A stretch of 64,000 nt of DNA. Origin: an uncultured Sunxiuqinia sp. Its GTDB lineage: Bacteria > Bacteroidota > Bacteroidia > Bacteroidales > Prolixibacteraceae. How positions within the stretch are numbered: the stretch's first letter is position 1; each line of letters opens with the position of its first letter. The notes beneath the pieces are model-generated. The model searched no databases. It had not been told where the DNA came from and was given only the letters and a program-made list of their open reading frames with translations. Below, in pieces: positions 30,100-38,170 of this stretch. The position numbers and the translations under genes were made by a program. The DNA is taken from NCBI GenBank assembly GCA_965140765.1, contig OZ223309.1, positions 1,003,470 through 1,067,469 of the forward strand, read 5' to 3'.

Positions 30100-32118
30100 A
30101 TGAAAAAAAGTAGATGTATTATTGTTTTATGTCTTACTGTTATGATTTTAATGGATATAAGTGCTTTAGCTTATAAGCCCTTGGGGGTGAAACATAACAA
30201 AAAAGAATGCTTTAGAATTATCGACAAGGATAAAATTATAATGGTAATTGATAGCTCAGATATGGTTATCGGAAAATTTTTGCCCTGTGATGACGATGTT
30301 CTAGTCGTTACTGATTCATTTGAGTGGAAAGAATGTGATGTAGTTTGCTGGAATCGTACATTTTCTTTGAAACCTGGACAACAGAAACAAAAAGTACGGT
30401 TAACGATGGATTTTCAAGCCTGTTATCAAAGCCAATTCTTGGTGATACCAGGAATTTCCTGGAACGGAAACCACAATGATATTGGAAATGTTTATCGTGG
30501 CTTTTCGTATGGTAACATTCCTTGGTCGTTTGCCTCACATCGTACTTTAATCCCTGGAGGTACTTACTCGGAGGGTGAAATTTATTCTGTTGGTTTGTTT
30601 GCAGATGTTGGAAATCCTAAAATAGGGATTTCTTGTTCATTGATCCCCAATTCTATATCCACAATTCATCGGTTAATCATCCCGGAAGAAGAGATGCCTA
30701 AACGAATCCTCATTCGTGAAAAGGGATTAAGTCAAGGCAGGCAGAATTTTTTAGAACTTGCTCCTGGAGAGAAATATACGGTTACAGCGTGGATTGTAAT
30801 TAATTCATTGGACCAACCCAAAATTGGTTACCATCATTTTATAGATGTTGCCTGGAGAAATTTTTATAGAAAAACTAAAGCATCTCATACAATAGATGAA
30901 CTTTGGAACTTTGGAGTTCACTATGTAAAAAAATATTTGTGGGACAATACACAAAAAATGTTTCATTTGGCGGTTTCATATGAACCAAAAACAAAAGAAT
31001 GGTCGCAGAATGGAGGATTTGCAATTGGATGGTGTGGACGAAATATTGAATTGGCTAATGGCCTGGTTACCGACTACATTAGAAATGGAGATACAACTTC
31101 CCTGAATATTGCCTTGGATTGTATTAATAAATGGGCATCACTCGTAAGTAATAATTCAAAATTGATAGATTTTAAAGGTGACGCAATGAAGCCTTATTAC
31201 GGACTGGCCACAGATGCCAATATGCTTTCAGATGCTGCAACAGGTTTTATGCAAGCTTATTTGAACTTTAAACAATGCAGTATTGATCATCTGGAATTTC
31301 TTGAAATCGGATTGGGTATTTGTAGGAGTGCTCTTGCTATTCAGGATAAAAATGGAAAATTTAACGGGTCAACTTGTCAAAGAGGATCAATAGGAGCATC
31401 TCTGATTCCTCCGTTGCTTACTGCCTATAAAATTAGCCGGAATGACGAATATTTTGTTGGTGCAAAGCTCGCTATGAATTATTATATGCAAGTGTTTTAT
31501 CAGAATGGTTATCTCTGGGGAGGGGCGCTTGACACTCAGAGTGCTGATAAAGAGTCGGTAATTCCTCTCTTGATAGGCAACATACAGTTATTTGAACTTA
31601 CAAAGAATCCCGTTTTTCTAAAACAAGCAGAAGATGTGGCATATTACCTTGCAGCCTGGCAAATAACTCAAACGATACCATATGTTCCCCAATCTTATCT
31701 TGATATAATTAATTATGAATCTTTTGGTGGCACTTCTGTAGCCACAGTCCATATGTGTGCAGATAATTATGCACTATGCACTGTTCCATATTTACTTAGA
31801 TTAGCCAAATATTCAAAGAAGGAAATTTGGAAAGAACGCGCTGTTGCAATTTGGAACTATGCAACACAGGGAATTTCGGATGGAAACTTTACAGATGGTG
31901 ATTTGCCTCCCAGGCCATACGGGAGTGCAGATGAAACATTAAATTACACAGACTGGGGATATGAATTACATCAAGAGGGAATGAATCAAAATAATCCCAG
32001 GGGCTATGGTTCTGGTTGGATGGTTGGATGGATACATGCCATGCGATTTACAATATTAACCAATAAAGAATTACGGGAGTTTATAAAACAATGGTCAGTA
32101 AAACAGATAGAAAATTAA
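30100..32118 (+). CDS. Secreted protein of unknown family, probable (alpha/alpha) toroid carbohydrate-active enzyme
   Basis: Signal peptide, Trp/Tyr-rich helical C-half, GGALDTQSADKES; position in PUL; fold is an inference. Confidence 0.55.
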   Translation: MKKSRCIIVLCLTVMILMDISALAYKPLGVKHNKKECFRIIDKDKIIMVIDSSDMVIGKFLPCDDDVLVVTDSFEWKECDVVCWNRTFSLKPGQQKQKVRLTMDFQACYQSQFLVIPGISWNGNHNDIGNVYRGFSYGNIPWSFASHRTLIPGGTYSEGEIYSVGLFADVGNPKIGISCSLIPNSISTIHRLIIPEEEMPKRILIREKGLSQGRQNFLELAPGEKYTVTAWIVINSLDQPKIGYHHFIDVAWRNFYRKTKASHTIDELWNFGVHYVKKYLWDNTQKMFHLAVSYEPKTKEWSQNGGFAIGWCGRNIELANGLVTDYIRNGDTTSLNIALDCINKWASLVSNNSKLIDFKGDAMKPYYGLATDANMLSDAATGFMQAYLNFKQCSIDHLEFLEIGLGICRSALAIQDKNGKFNGSTCQRGSIGASLIPPLLTAYKISRNDEYFVGAKLAMNYYMQVFYQNGYLWGGALDTQSADKESVIPLLIGNIQLFELTKNPVFLKQAEDVAYYLAAWQITQTIPYVPQSYLDIINYESFGGTSVATVHMCADNYALCTVPYLLRLAKYSKKEIWKERAVAIWNYATQGISDGNFTDGDLPPRPYGSADETLNYTDWGYELHQEGMNQNNPRGYGSGWMVGWIHAMRFTILTNKELREFIKQWSVKQIEN

Positions 32119-32131
32119 TAGAGTACCTTAT

Positions 32132-33211
32132 ATGAAGATTTCAGTTATATTGTTGTTCTTGATATGTTTGTCTTTATCCTGTCAGCATAACAGTTTTAAA
32201 AATAACAGTTACAGGTGGACAGAAAACAAAGTAAATATCTGGTATGATTCCATACCTTGGATTAAAGGATTTAATTACGTGCCCAGTTATGTGGGAAATA
32301 CTACTGAATGGTGGGAAAATCCACTTGACACAAGTATTATCGAAAGAGAACTGGGCTGGGCACAAGATCTTGGTTACACTTCAGCAAGGGTATTTCTTCA
32401 GTATATTGTTTGGAAAAAAGACCCGGAGTCATTTAAAAAGAACTTTTCTCTTTTCCTGAAACTGGCTGCTTCAAAAAACATCTCGGTAATGCCCGTTTTA
32501 TTTGATGATTGTGCTTTTGGAAAGCCCCCCTTGCTCAATCCACATTTGGGAAAACAACGTGAAATTATCCCAGGGATGATTCTTTCAAATTGGACACCTT
32601 CTCCTGGTCAGACACTTGGAACTGACGCCAATGAAATACCACACCTGAAAAATTATGTTGAGGATATTTTAGATACATATGGAGATGATGAAAGAATTAT
32701 CATGTGGGATCTTTTTAATGAACCCATGAATGCTTCAAAGGTGGGAACACCGGCTTTTATAACGAGGTTATTTGAATGGGCAAGGGAAATTAATCCAATA
32801 CAACCTTTATCTATCGCCATCTGGTCAGAAGAGGTAGATGAAACATTAAATAAAGTAATATTGGAGCATTCTGATGTTGTTTCATTTCATCTGTATTCAG
32901 ACCATGTGCATATGTCAGAAAAAATAGCCTCACTTAAAAAATATGAGCGACCGATAATTTGTACTGAATGGATGGCCAGGCCTGTCGGCAGTAACTTTAA
33001 AACAGATTTGCCACTTTTCAAATCCGAGCATGTTGCAGCTTATCAATGGGGATTGGTAAACGGCAAAACACAATGCCAATATCCCTGGTGGAATAAGCCG
33101 GGAGGCGAAGTACATTCTGCCGGTTGGTTCCACGATATTTTATATCCTGATGGAACACCTTACCGGCAGGAGGAGATTGACTTCATCAAAAGTTTTACAG
33201 CATTTGAATGA
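32132..33211 (+). CDS. GH5-like clan A glycoside hydrolase (possibly subfamily GH5_13)
   Basis: Lipobox LSC, WDLFNEP acid/base, FHLY, ICTEW nucleophile, WFHDI. Confidence 0.8.
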   Translation: MKISVILLFLICLSLSCQHNSFKNNSYRWTENKVNIWYDSIPWIKGFNYVPSYVGNTTEWWENPLDTSIIERELGWAQDLGYTSARVFLQYIVWKKDPESFKKNFSLFLKLAASKNISVMPVLFDDCAFGKPPLLNPHLGKQREIIPGMILSNWTPSPGQTLGTDANEIPHLKNYVEDILDTYGDDERIIMWDLFNEPMNASKVGTPAFITRLFEWAREINPIQPLSIAIWSEEVDETLNKVILEHSDVVSFHLYSDHVHMSEKIASLKKYERPIICTEWMARPVGSNFKTDLPLFKSEHVAAYQWGLVNGKTQCQYPWWNKPGGEVHSAGWFHDILYPDGTPYRQEEIDFIKSFTAFE

Positions 33212-33249
33212 TGCTCGATAAGTGATTGTTTTTCTATTTACATGATAAG

Positions 33250-34131
33250 ATGGTTGTTGTGAGTTTTGTCACATTTAAATACATAATAGAGCAAGTAAAC
33301 AACAATTTGCAAAAGTTACAGAGTGATGGAGACGACGAGATTCTAAAAGCAGAAAAAGCAATTGGGATTTGCTCGGTTGCTCTATTGGAATTACGTGAAT
33401 ATGTCTATCATTCGGACTTTAAAAACAAGGAAGAAGAAATCCATTTTTTTAAGGTAATAAAACCTTTTGTGCTCGGGGAATATTTGTACTACTCGAAGCT
33501 TTGGGAGATTTTAATCCGACAATCGGTAACTTCCATTCGAAGAAGGAAAAGACATTTAAGACGCATGATTGCAGAGGCTCAAAATTTTTTTAATGACAAT
33601 TACGAATTTTATCTATACTACCATAGCGGTTCTATCCAACTGGACGACAAGTATTTTACCCGCACGGAAATGAATTGTCCGCTGAATTGCCAGCACTTTA
33701 TCTTTGATCCCTACTTTTCCACCAGCCATGATTATACCCTGGCAGCCATAAAGGCTAATGAAAAAATTGCCGCATATTGCAATATCGAAATCAACCAGTT
33801 AAAAAACAAAGGAAATAACAGGGGGATCAGGACAGATATGTTTTGGTGCCTGGATAAACGGGATTTGATGCAAATTATTTATGGCATTTATTATACAGAT
33901 GCCGTTAATAAGGGAGATATTCATATTAAAGAACTAGTTAAGGGATTTGAATCCTTGTTCAATATCCGTTTATCCGGGTACTATCATACTTTCTACGAAA
34001 TTACCCAATTAAAGAAAGAGCCGCTGGCCTACCTGAATTTAATGAAGGAAACACTGGAAAAACTGCTGGAAGAGTCGGTCGAAAATAAGAGGAGAAAAAG
34101 AAGAAGCAAAAATAATAACATAAAAACCTAA
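33250..34131 (+). CDS. rteC: RteC-domain regulator
   Basis: FFKVIKP N-region and C-terminal W..DK.DL.QIIY...KG...IKEL..GFE.LFNI....YYHTF.EI pattern of RteC proteins; start 33226 (TTG) or 33250 (ATG). Confidence 0.85.
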   Translation: MVVVSFVTFKYIIEQVNNNLQKLQSDGDDEILKAEKAIGICSVALLELREYVYHSDFKNKEEEIHFFKVIKPFVLGEYLYYSKLWEILIRQSVTSIRRRKRHLRRMIAEAQNFFNDNYEFYLYYHSGSIQLDDKYFTRTEMNCPLNCQHFIFDPYFSTSHDYTLAAIKANEKIAAYCNIEINQLKNKGNNRGIRTDMFWCLDKRDLMQIIYGIYYTDAVNKGDIHIKELVKGFESLFNIRLSGYYHTFYEITQLKKEPLAYLNLMKETLEKLLEESVENKRRKRRSKNNNIKT

Positions 34132-34203
34132 TACGGGGTTATCATGAGAAGATAATAGGACTTAAAATATTGATGCGTTAATTTAAATTCTTGTACCGGA
34201 AAA

Positions 34204-34330
34204 TCGTCAAAATTTAAACATCACAGGAATCTAAACAGGACGCCTTCGTTTTAGCGTGGGCTGGGTTTACCTGTGATGTGGGTGTTTGACGATACCTCTG
34301 GTACGGTGTTTCCCGGTTTCACGCTTTTTT
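34204..34330 (+). promoter_or_regulatory. Nested inverted-repeat leader upstream of 34362
   Basis: TCGTCAAA/TTTGACGA (34204-34211, 34285-34292) enclosing ACATCACAGG/CCTGTGATGT (34218-34227, 34270-34279); T-run at about 34324-34330. Confidence 0.55.
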
Positions 34331-34361
34331 TATAACAGAAATTATTACCCATATTTTTTTT

Positions 34362-34634
34362 ATGAAAAAATACCTGACTGACAAGAATATCCAGAATGCC
34401 GATTTAATCGCTGTCTTTCAGCGTTGTCCTTTTGGTAAAACTACTGATGATTGCCTTTTTCTCCCCTATCATCGGTTAAATGATATAGAAGAACAAATCC
34501 GGCAACTAAATGCCCTTGATGAAGATACCCTCCAGCAACTCCGTTCCTTTCACCGTTCGTGTATTATTATAAGAAGAAGTCAAATGGCACCAAACAAGGC
34601 CAATTCAGATGAGTTAGCCGCTAATACTTTCTGA
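34362..34634 (+). CDS. Small hypothetical protein
   Basis: 90 aa, ATG after an A/T-rich leader, RCPF...DC and FHRSC motifs. Confidence 0.65.
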   Translation: MKKYLTDKNIQNADLIAVFQRCPFGKTTDDCLFLPYHRLNDIEEQIRQLNALDEDTLQQLRSFHRSCIIIRRSQMAPNKANSDELAANTF

Positions 34635-34702
34635 TCTTTTCTACTTCAAAACGATTTCTGCTAGGATTATGTTGATATGCAGCTTTTTGTAAAGAAATAA
34701 CT

Positions 34703-34729
34703 CAGAAAAAATACCACACTGTGGTATTT
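34703..34729. promoter_or_regulatory. Palindromic operator box, copy 1 (upstream of excisionase operon)
   Basis: CAGAAAAAATACCACACTGTGGTATTT; core AAATACCAC-ACT-GTGGTATTT; near-identical copy at 37094. Confidence 0.75.
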
Positions 34730-34791
34730 TTTATTTTTGGGAAGCGCACTTTTGGCAAAACTCAAATTACATCAATAAAAAGTAAAAAGTT

Positions 34792-35088
34792 ATGCCGACA
34801 GAAATTGTAACAACCGACGATTTGCGAGAATTCAAAATTGAATTGCTCAAAGAAATCAAACAAATGCTGGCTGCCCATCATGGTCAACCGTTCAAAAAAT
34901 GGTTAAAGTCATATGAAGTAAGAAAACTGTTGGGAATCTCACCAGGGACACTACAAAACTTAAGGATAAACGGGACTTTGCCTTTCACTAAAGTTGGTGG
35001 GGTAATTTTTTATGACAGTGAAGACATTCGCAAAATGATGAAAGAAAACCTGGTGCAGAACCGCTTTGAATTCCGCCGTGGCAGATGA
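34792..35088 (+). CDS. xis: Helix-turn-helix excisionase-like protein
   Basis: IVTTDDLREFK, WLKSYEVRKLLGISPGTLQNLRING.LPF.KVGG..FY (HTH_17 type). Confidence 0.85.
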   Translation: MPTEIVTTDDLREFKIELLKEIKQMLAAHHGQPFKKWLKSYEVRKLLGISPGTLQNLRINGTLPFTKVGGVIFYDSEDIRKMMKENLVQNRFEFRRGR

Positions 35089-35564
35089 ATTACATCAGGC
35101 ACCAAACCGGTTTATTTGAACGGTTTGCGGAAGATGAACGAATCAGTCCATTTCATATCAGTCTTTACTTTGCCCTGTTCCAGTTCTGGAACAGGAACCG
35201 TTTTCGAAACCCGTTCCCGGTATCCAGGGAAGAGCTTATGTTCCTTTCCCATATCGGGTCGGTAAACACCTATACAAGATGTATAAAAGAACTACACCAG
35301 TGGGGGTATATAGAATATTTTCCATCATTTAATCCGAATACCGGGAGTAAAGTCACCTGTATCAGTTTTGATAAAGGTAGTGATAAAGCTGGCAGTAAGG
35401 CTGATGATAATGCTGCTGATAAAGCTTTATATAAGAATACAAACTTTACAAACGGGATAAAACAGGCCCATTACCAAAATTTAAAAAATGGAAGAGAAAA
35501 GGAAAAGCGGAACAACAACCCGCTCCATGTCGAAAACGATAAGGACTACTCGGAACCCTTATAG
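35085..35564 (+). CDS. Winged-helix protein, replication-initiator-like
   Basis: HISLYFALFQFWN...REELM..S.IGS..TY..CIKELHQWGYIEY N-domain, then a low-complexity repeat linker; overlaps xis and the ATPase. Confidence 0.65.
   Translation: MNYIRHQTGLFERFAEDERISPFHISLYFALFQFWNRNRFRNPFPVSREELMFLSHIGSVNTYTRCIKELHQWGYIEYFPSFNPNTGSKVTCISFDKGSDKAGSKADDNAADKALYKNTNFTNGIKQAHYQNLKNGREKEKRNNNPLHVENDKDYSEPL
35369..35428 (+). repeat. Five 12-bp imperfect tandem repeats inside the initiator-like gene
   Basis: TGATAAAGGTAG TGATAAAGCTGG CAGTAAGGCTGA TGATAATGCTGC TGATAAAGCTTT. Confidence 0.7.
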
Positions 35565-36213
35565 CGACATAGCAGAACTCAAAAACGGGATGTACCTGTT
35601 TGATTTTTCCCTGTGCCGGAAGTGGATGGAGGATGTGGGAAAACAGCAATACGGAGTACATTTCAGGCTTTACCCGGAAGATTACAGGGTAATTTACAGC
35701 TTGCTGGTTTATGCCATTGAAGATAAAAAAGAGTCAGCAAAGCTTAACCTGGATATTAAGAAGGGGATCCTCCTGGCCGGGCCAATCGGTGCGGGAAAAT
35801 CTACTTTAATGGCGTTAATAAAATACTTTTTACAACCTGGCAAACGATACCAAATCAAAAGCACCCGCGACATTACTTTTGAATTTGAAAATGAAGGATA
35901 CAAAGTGATTAACCGCTATAGTAAAAACCCGTTAAACCTGAGTTACACCAACCCGCTTCCGAATATCTTCTGTTTTGACGATTTGGGTGTTGAACAAACC
36001 CAAAAACATTTTGGCAACGAATGTAATGTTATGGCGGAAATCCTGCTCAGCCGTTACGATTTGTTTATCTCCAAAGGAATACCGACACACTTAACAACTA
36101 ATCTTTCGGCCTCCGAAATCGAAGAGAAATATGGCAACCGTGTCCGTAGTAGAATGAGAGAGATGTTTAACCTGGTTGCTTTTGACAAAAACGCACAGGA
36201 CAAAAGAAGCTGA
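35527..36213 (+). CDS. DnaC/IstB-like P-loop ATPase
   Basis: Walker A GPIGAGKS, Walker B FCFDDLG, HLTTNL...EKYGNRVRSRMREM; start 35488 or 35527. Confidence 0.8.
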   Translation: MSKTIRTTRNPYSDIAELKNGMYLFDFSLCRKWMEDVGKQQYGVHFRLYPEDYRVIYSLLVYAIEDKKESAKLNLDIKKGILLAGPIGAGKSTLMALIKYFLQPGKRYQIKSTRDITFEFENEGYKVINRYSKNPLNLSYTNPLPNIFCFDDLGVEQTQKHFGNECNVMAEILLSRYDLFISKGIPTHLTTNLSASEIEEKYGNRVRSRMREMFNLVAFDKNAQDKRS

Positions 36214-37093
36214 ATAGACAATTATTTCAGCTAATCCGGTGCACAGGCCGTTCCCCCGGTTTTGGGAACACGACTGCTCATGATTCACAGAATTTTCGTG
36301 TCCCTTTTGAGTACCGGTATGAACAGCCTTTCGCACCGCGCGGCAAGAGCCGGGACTCCGGTTCACTTTGCTCACCCCAAACAGTAAATCTCATTACGCC
36401 TGTCCCGGATTTTCTTTCCTCATACAGTCTATCACGGCAAAAATCCGAAAACCAGGCTTTATTCCGCCTTCCCTCAATTCGCTTCGTTTCCCTTTATCTC
36501 CCGGCACTTCCCCTTTGCCTGCCTTAAAAAAGGTTTTACTGGTTGTTCTCCAACGCCCCGGCACATTCCCCTAACCGGCTCCAATGCTCCCTGGACCCGT
36601 TCGCACACTCACGGAGTACGGTCGCTGTTTCTCGCCGTCACGGGGAAAGAGCTTCCGGGCTTCCCACGGCAAAAGCCGCCCCTCCATTGCCTTACAGGGC
36701 TGCATTTGCCTTTAGCCCGCCCGCATTAAAATAATAACAGGTAGCAATCCTGGTTATCTCAAAAACCAAAAAAGAAATCCAAAGTTAGCCACTCTGCCCA
36801 TGAGCCGACACACCTTGAAAATGCAAGGCCAGGGCAAGTGGCGCGGTATAACAGGTTTAAAGTTTAATGCAAAAACTTTAAAGGTTCCGCACCAGTCCTG
36901 CATTTGCGCCCCGCGTGGCTCCGTTTCGAATTTCTTTTCTTTTTTGAGGGTTTTTCTGTTCTTTTTGAAAATAAGGATGTGTTTAAATCCAATCAAATTG
37001 AACCAAAGGCTATGGCCGCTTTGCTTATTAAAAGCCGACAAACAGAAATGTGTTTTTAAGTAGTTGGTATGGTGTGTTTTATTGATTTCACTT

Positions 37094-37120
37094 CAGAAAA
37101 AACACCACACTGTGGTATTT
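37094..37120. promoter_or_regulatory. Palindromic operator box, copy 2 (upstream of tra operon)
   Basis: CAGAAAAAACACCACACTGTGGTATTT; 26 of 27 bases identical to 34703-34729. Confidence 0.75.
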
Positions 37121-37169
37121 CCCGTTTTTGCGCTTTAGACCTTTGCCCCGGTAACAAAAAACACAAGTT

Positions 37170-37532
37170 ATGTTTGGAATCAACGAAGTCACCTGGGGTG
37201 AATTTACAGCGTTTATCCTGTTTGTTTTGATGGCCTGGTACGGTTTACTGCTAATCCTTGGCTGGATAAAGTCAAAGCAGGGAAACGGACATGAGAGTTA
37301 TGAAGAATACCAGTCCGGCATTACCTCCTGTGAAACCTTACAGCCGATCGTCGTTTCATCACAGGATTATCCATCGGAAATCCTGCCGGTCAACCCTGTT
37401 GAAAATATATCCTTACCGGCTTCACTATATGAAGAAACCGGTTATGACGAAGGTCTGACCATTGACCATTTTGCAGAAAGGAACAGCCCGGTACTGGCTA
37501 AAATGCTTCCTGAAATCCATTATCAACAATAA
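37170..37532 (+). CDS. First gene of tra operon, membrane-anchored hypothetical
   Basis: N-terminal TM helix and acidic tail; directly upstream of traE. Confidence 0.65.
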   Translation: MFGINEVTWGEFTAFILFVLMAWYGLLLILGWIKSKQGNGHESYEEYQSGITSCETLQPIVVSSQDYPSEILPVNPVENISLPASLYEETGYDEGLTIDHFAERNSPVLAKMLPEIHYQQ

Positions 37533-37550
37533 TTACTAAAAATCAAAATC

Positions 37551-37865
37551 ATGAGAAAAAAGATTCAAACGGTTTATCAGAAAAGTGTGGCATTTACTGC
37601 CTTAACAGTCTTTGGGGTTTACAGCAGTTTTGCGCAAAGCTCAGCCGGTATTGACCAGGCTACATCCGAGGTCAGCAGTTACATTGACCCCGTGGCCAAC
37701 CTGATCATTGCCATTGGTGCTGTGGTCGGGCTGATTGGGGGAGTCCGCGTTTACATCAAATGGCAAAGCGGTGACCAGGACACTCAAAAAGCTATTATGG
37801 GCTGGTTTGGCGCCTGCCTGTTTTTGGTTCTTGTGGGAGTTGTAGTACGTGCATTCTTTTCCTAA
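37551..37865 (+). CDS. traE: TraE-like pilin/VirB2 (DUF4134)
   Basis: AGIDQAT..V..Y.DP...AIGAVVGLIGGVRVY.KW..GD.D..K..W.GACLFL. Confidence 0.85.
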   Translation: MRKKIQTVYQKSVAFTALTVFGVYSSFAQSSAGIDQATSEVSSYIDPVANLIIAIGAVVGLIGGVRVYIKWQSGDQDTQKAIMGWFGACLFLVLVGVVVRAFFS

Positions 37866-37876
37866 CAATAGAAAAG

Positions 37877-38170
37877 ATGAAAACTTACACCATCCGGAAA
37901 ATCGATACGAACCTTTACATCAAAGGATTCTCGGGGCAACTGGTCTATTCAGCCCTGTATGGCATTATTGCTGCTTTGCTGCTGTTTGTGCTGCTTTATA
38001 TCCTTATCGGAGCCTTTATTGCGGTTATGGTTTGCGTCCCCCTGTTTTTTGCTTACCTGTACCGCCTGAATAGAATCCAGAAGAAATACGGCCACGCGGG
38101 TTGGGGCAAAAAGAAAATTGCCCGGCAGCTTCCTGAATTTGTCACCATTAAAAAACGGTTTTTGCGATGA
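37877..38170 (+). CDS. traF: TraF-like VirB3 (DUF4133)
   Basis: IKGFSGQ..Y followed by two TM helices and KKYG..G; overlaps traG start. Confidence 0.75.
   Translation: MKTYTIRKIDTNLYIKGFSGQLVYSALYGIIAALLLFVLLYILIGAFIAVMVCVPLFFAYLYRLNRIQKKYGHAGWGKKKIARQLPEFVTIKKRFLR

Noticed and set aside
35369-35428. CRISPR or mini-array
   Set aside because: 12-bp tandem units with no spacers, in frame within a gene; no cas genes or repeat-spacer array seen anywhere in the window.
36091-37063. Several short ORFs (36091-36375, 36368-36574, 36543-36734, 36754-37041, 36800-37063)
   Set aside because: Overlapping on both strands, atypical composition, no motifs; treated as non-coding.
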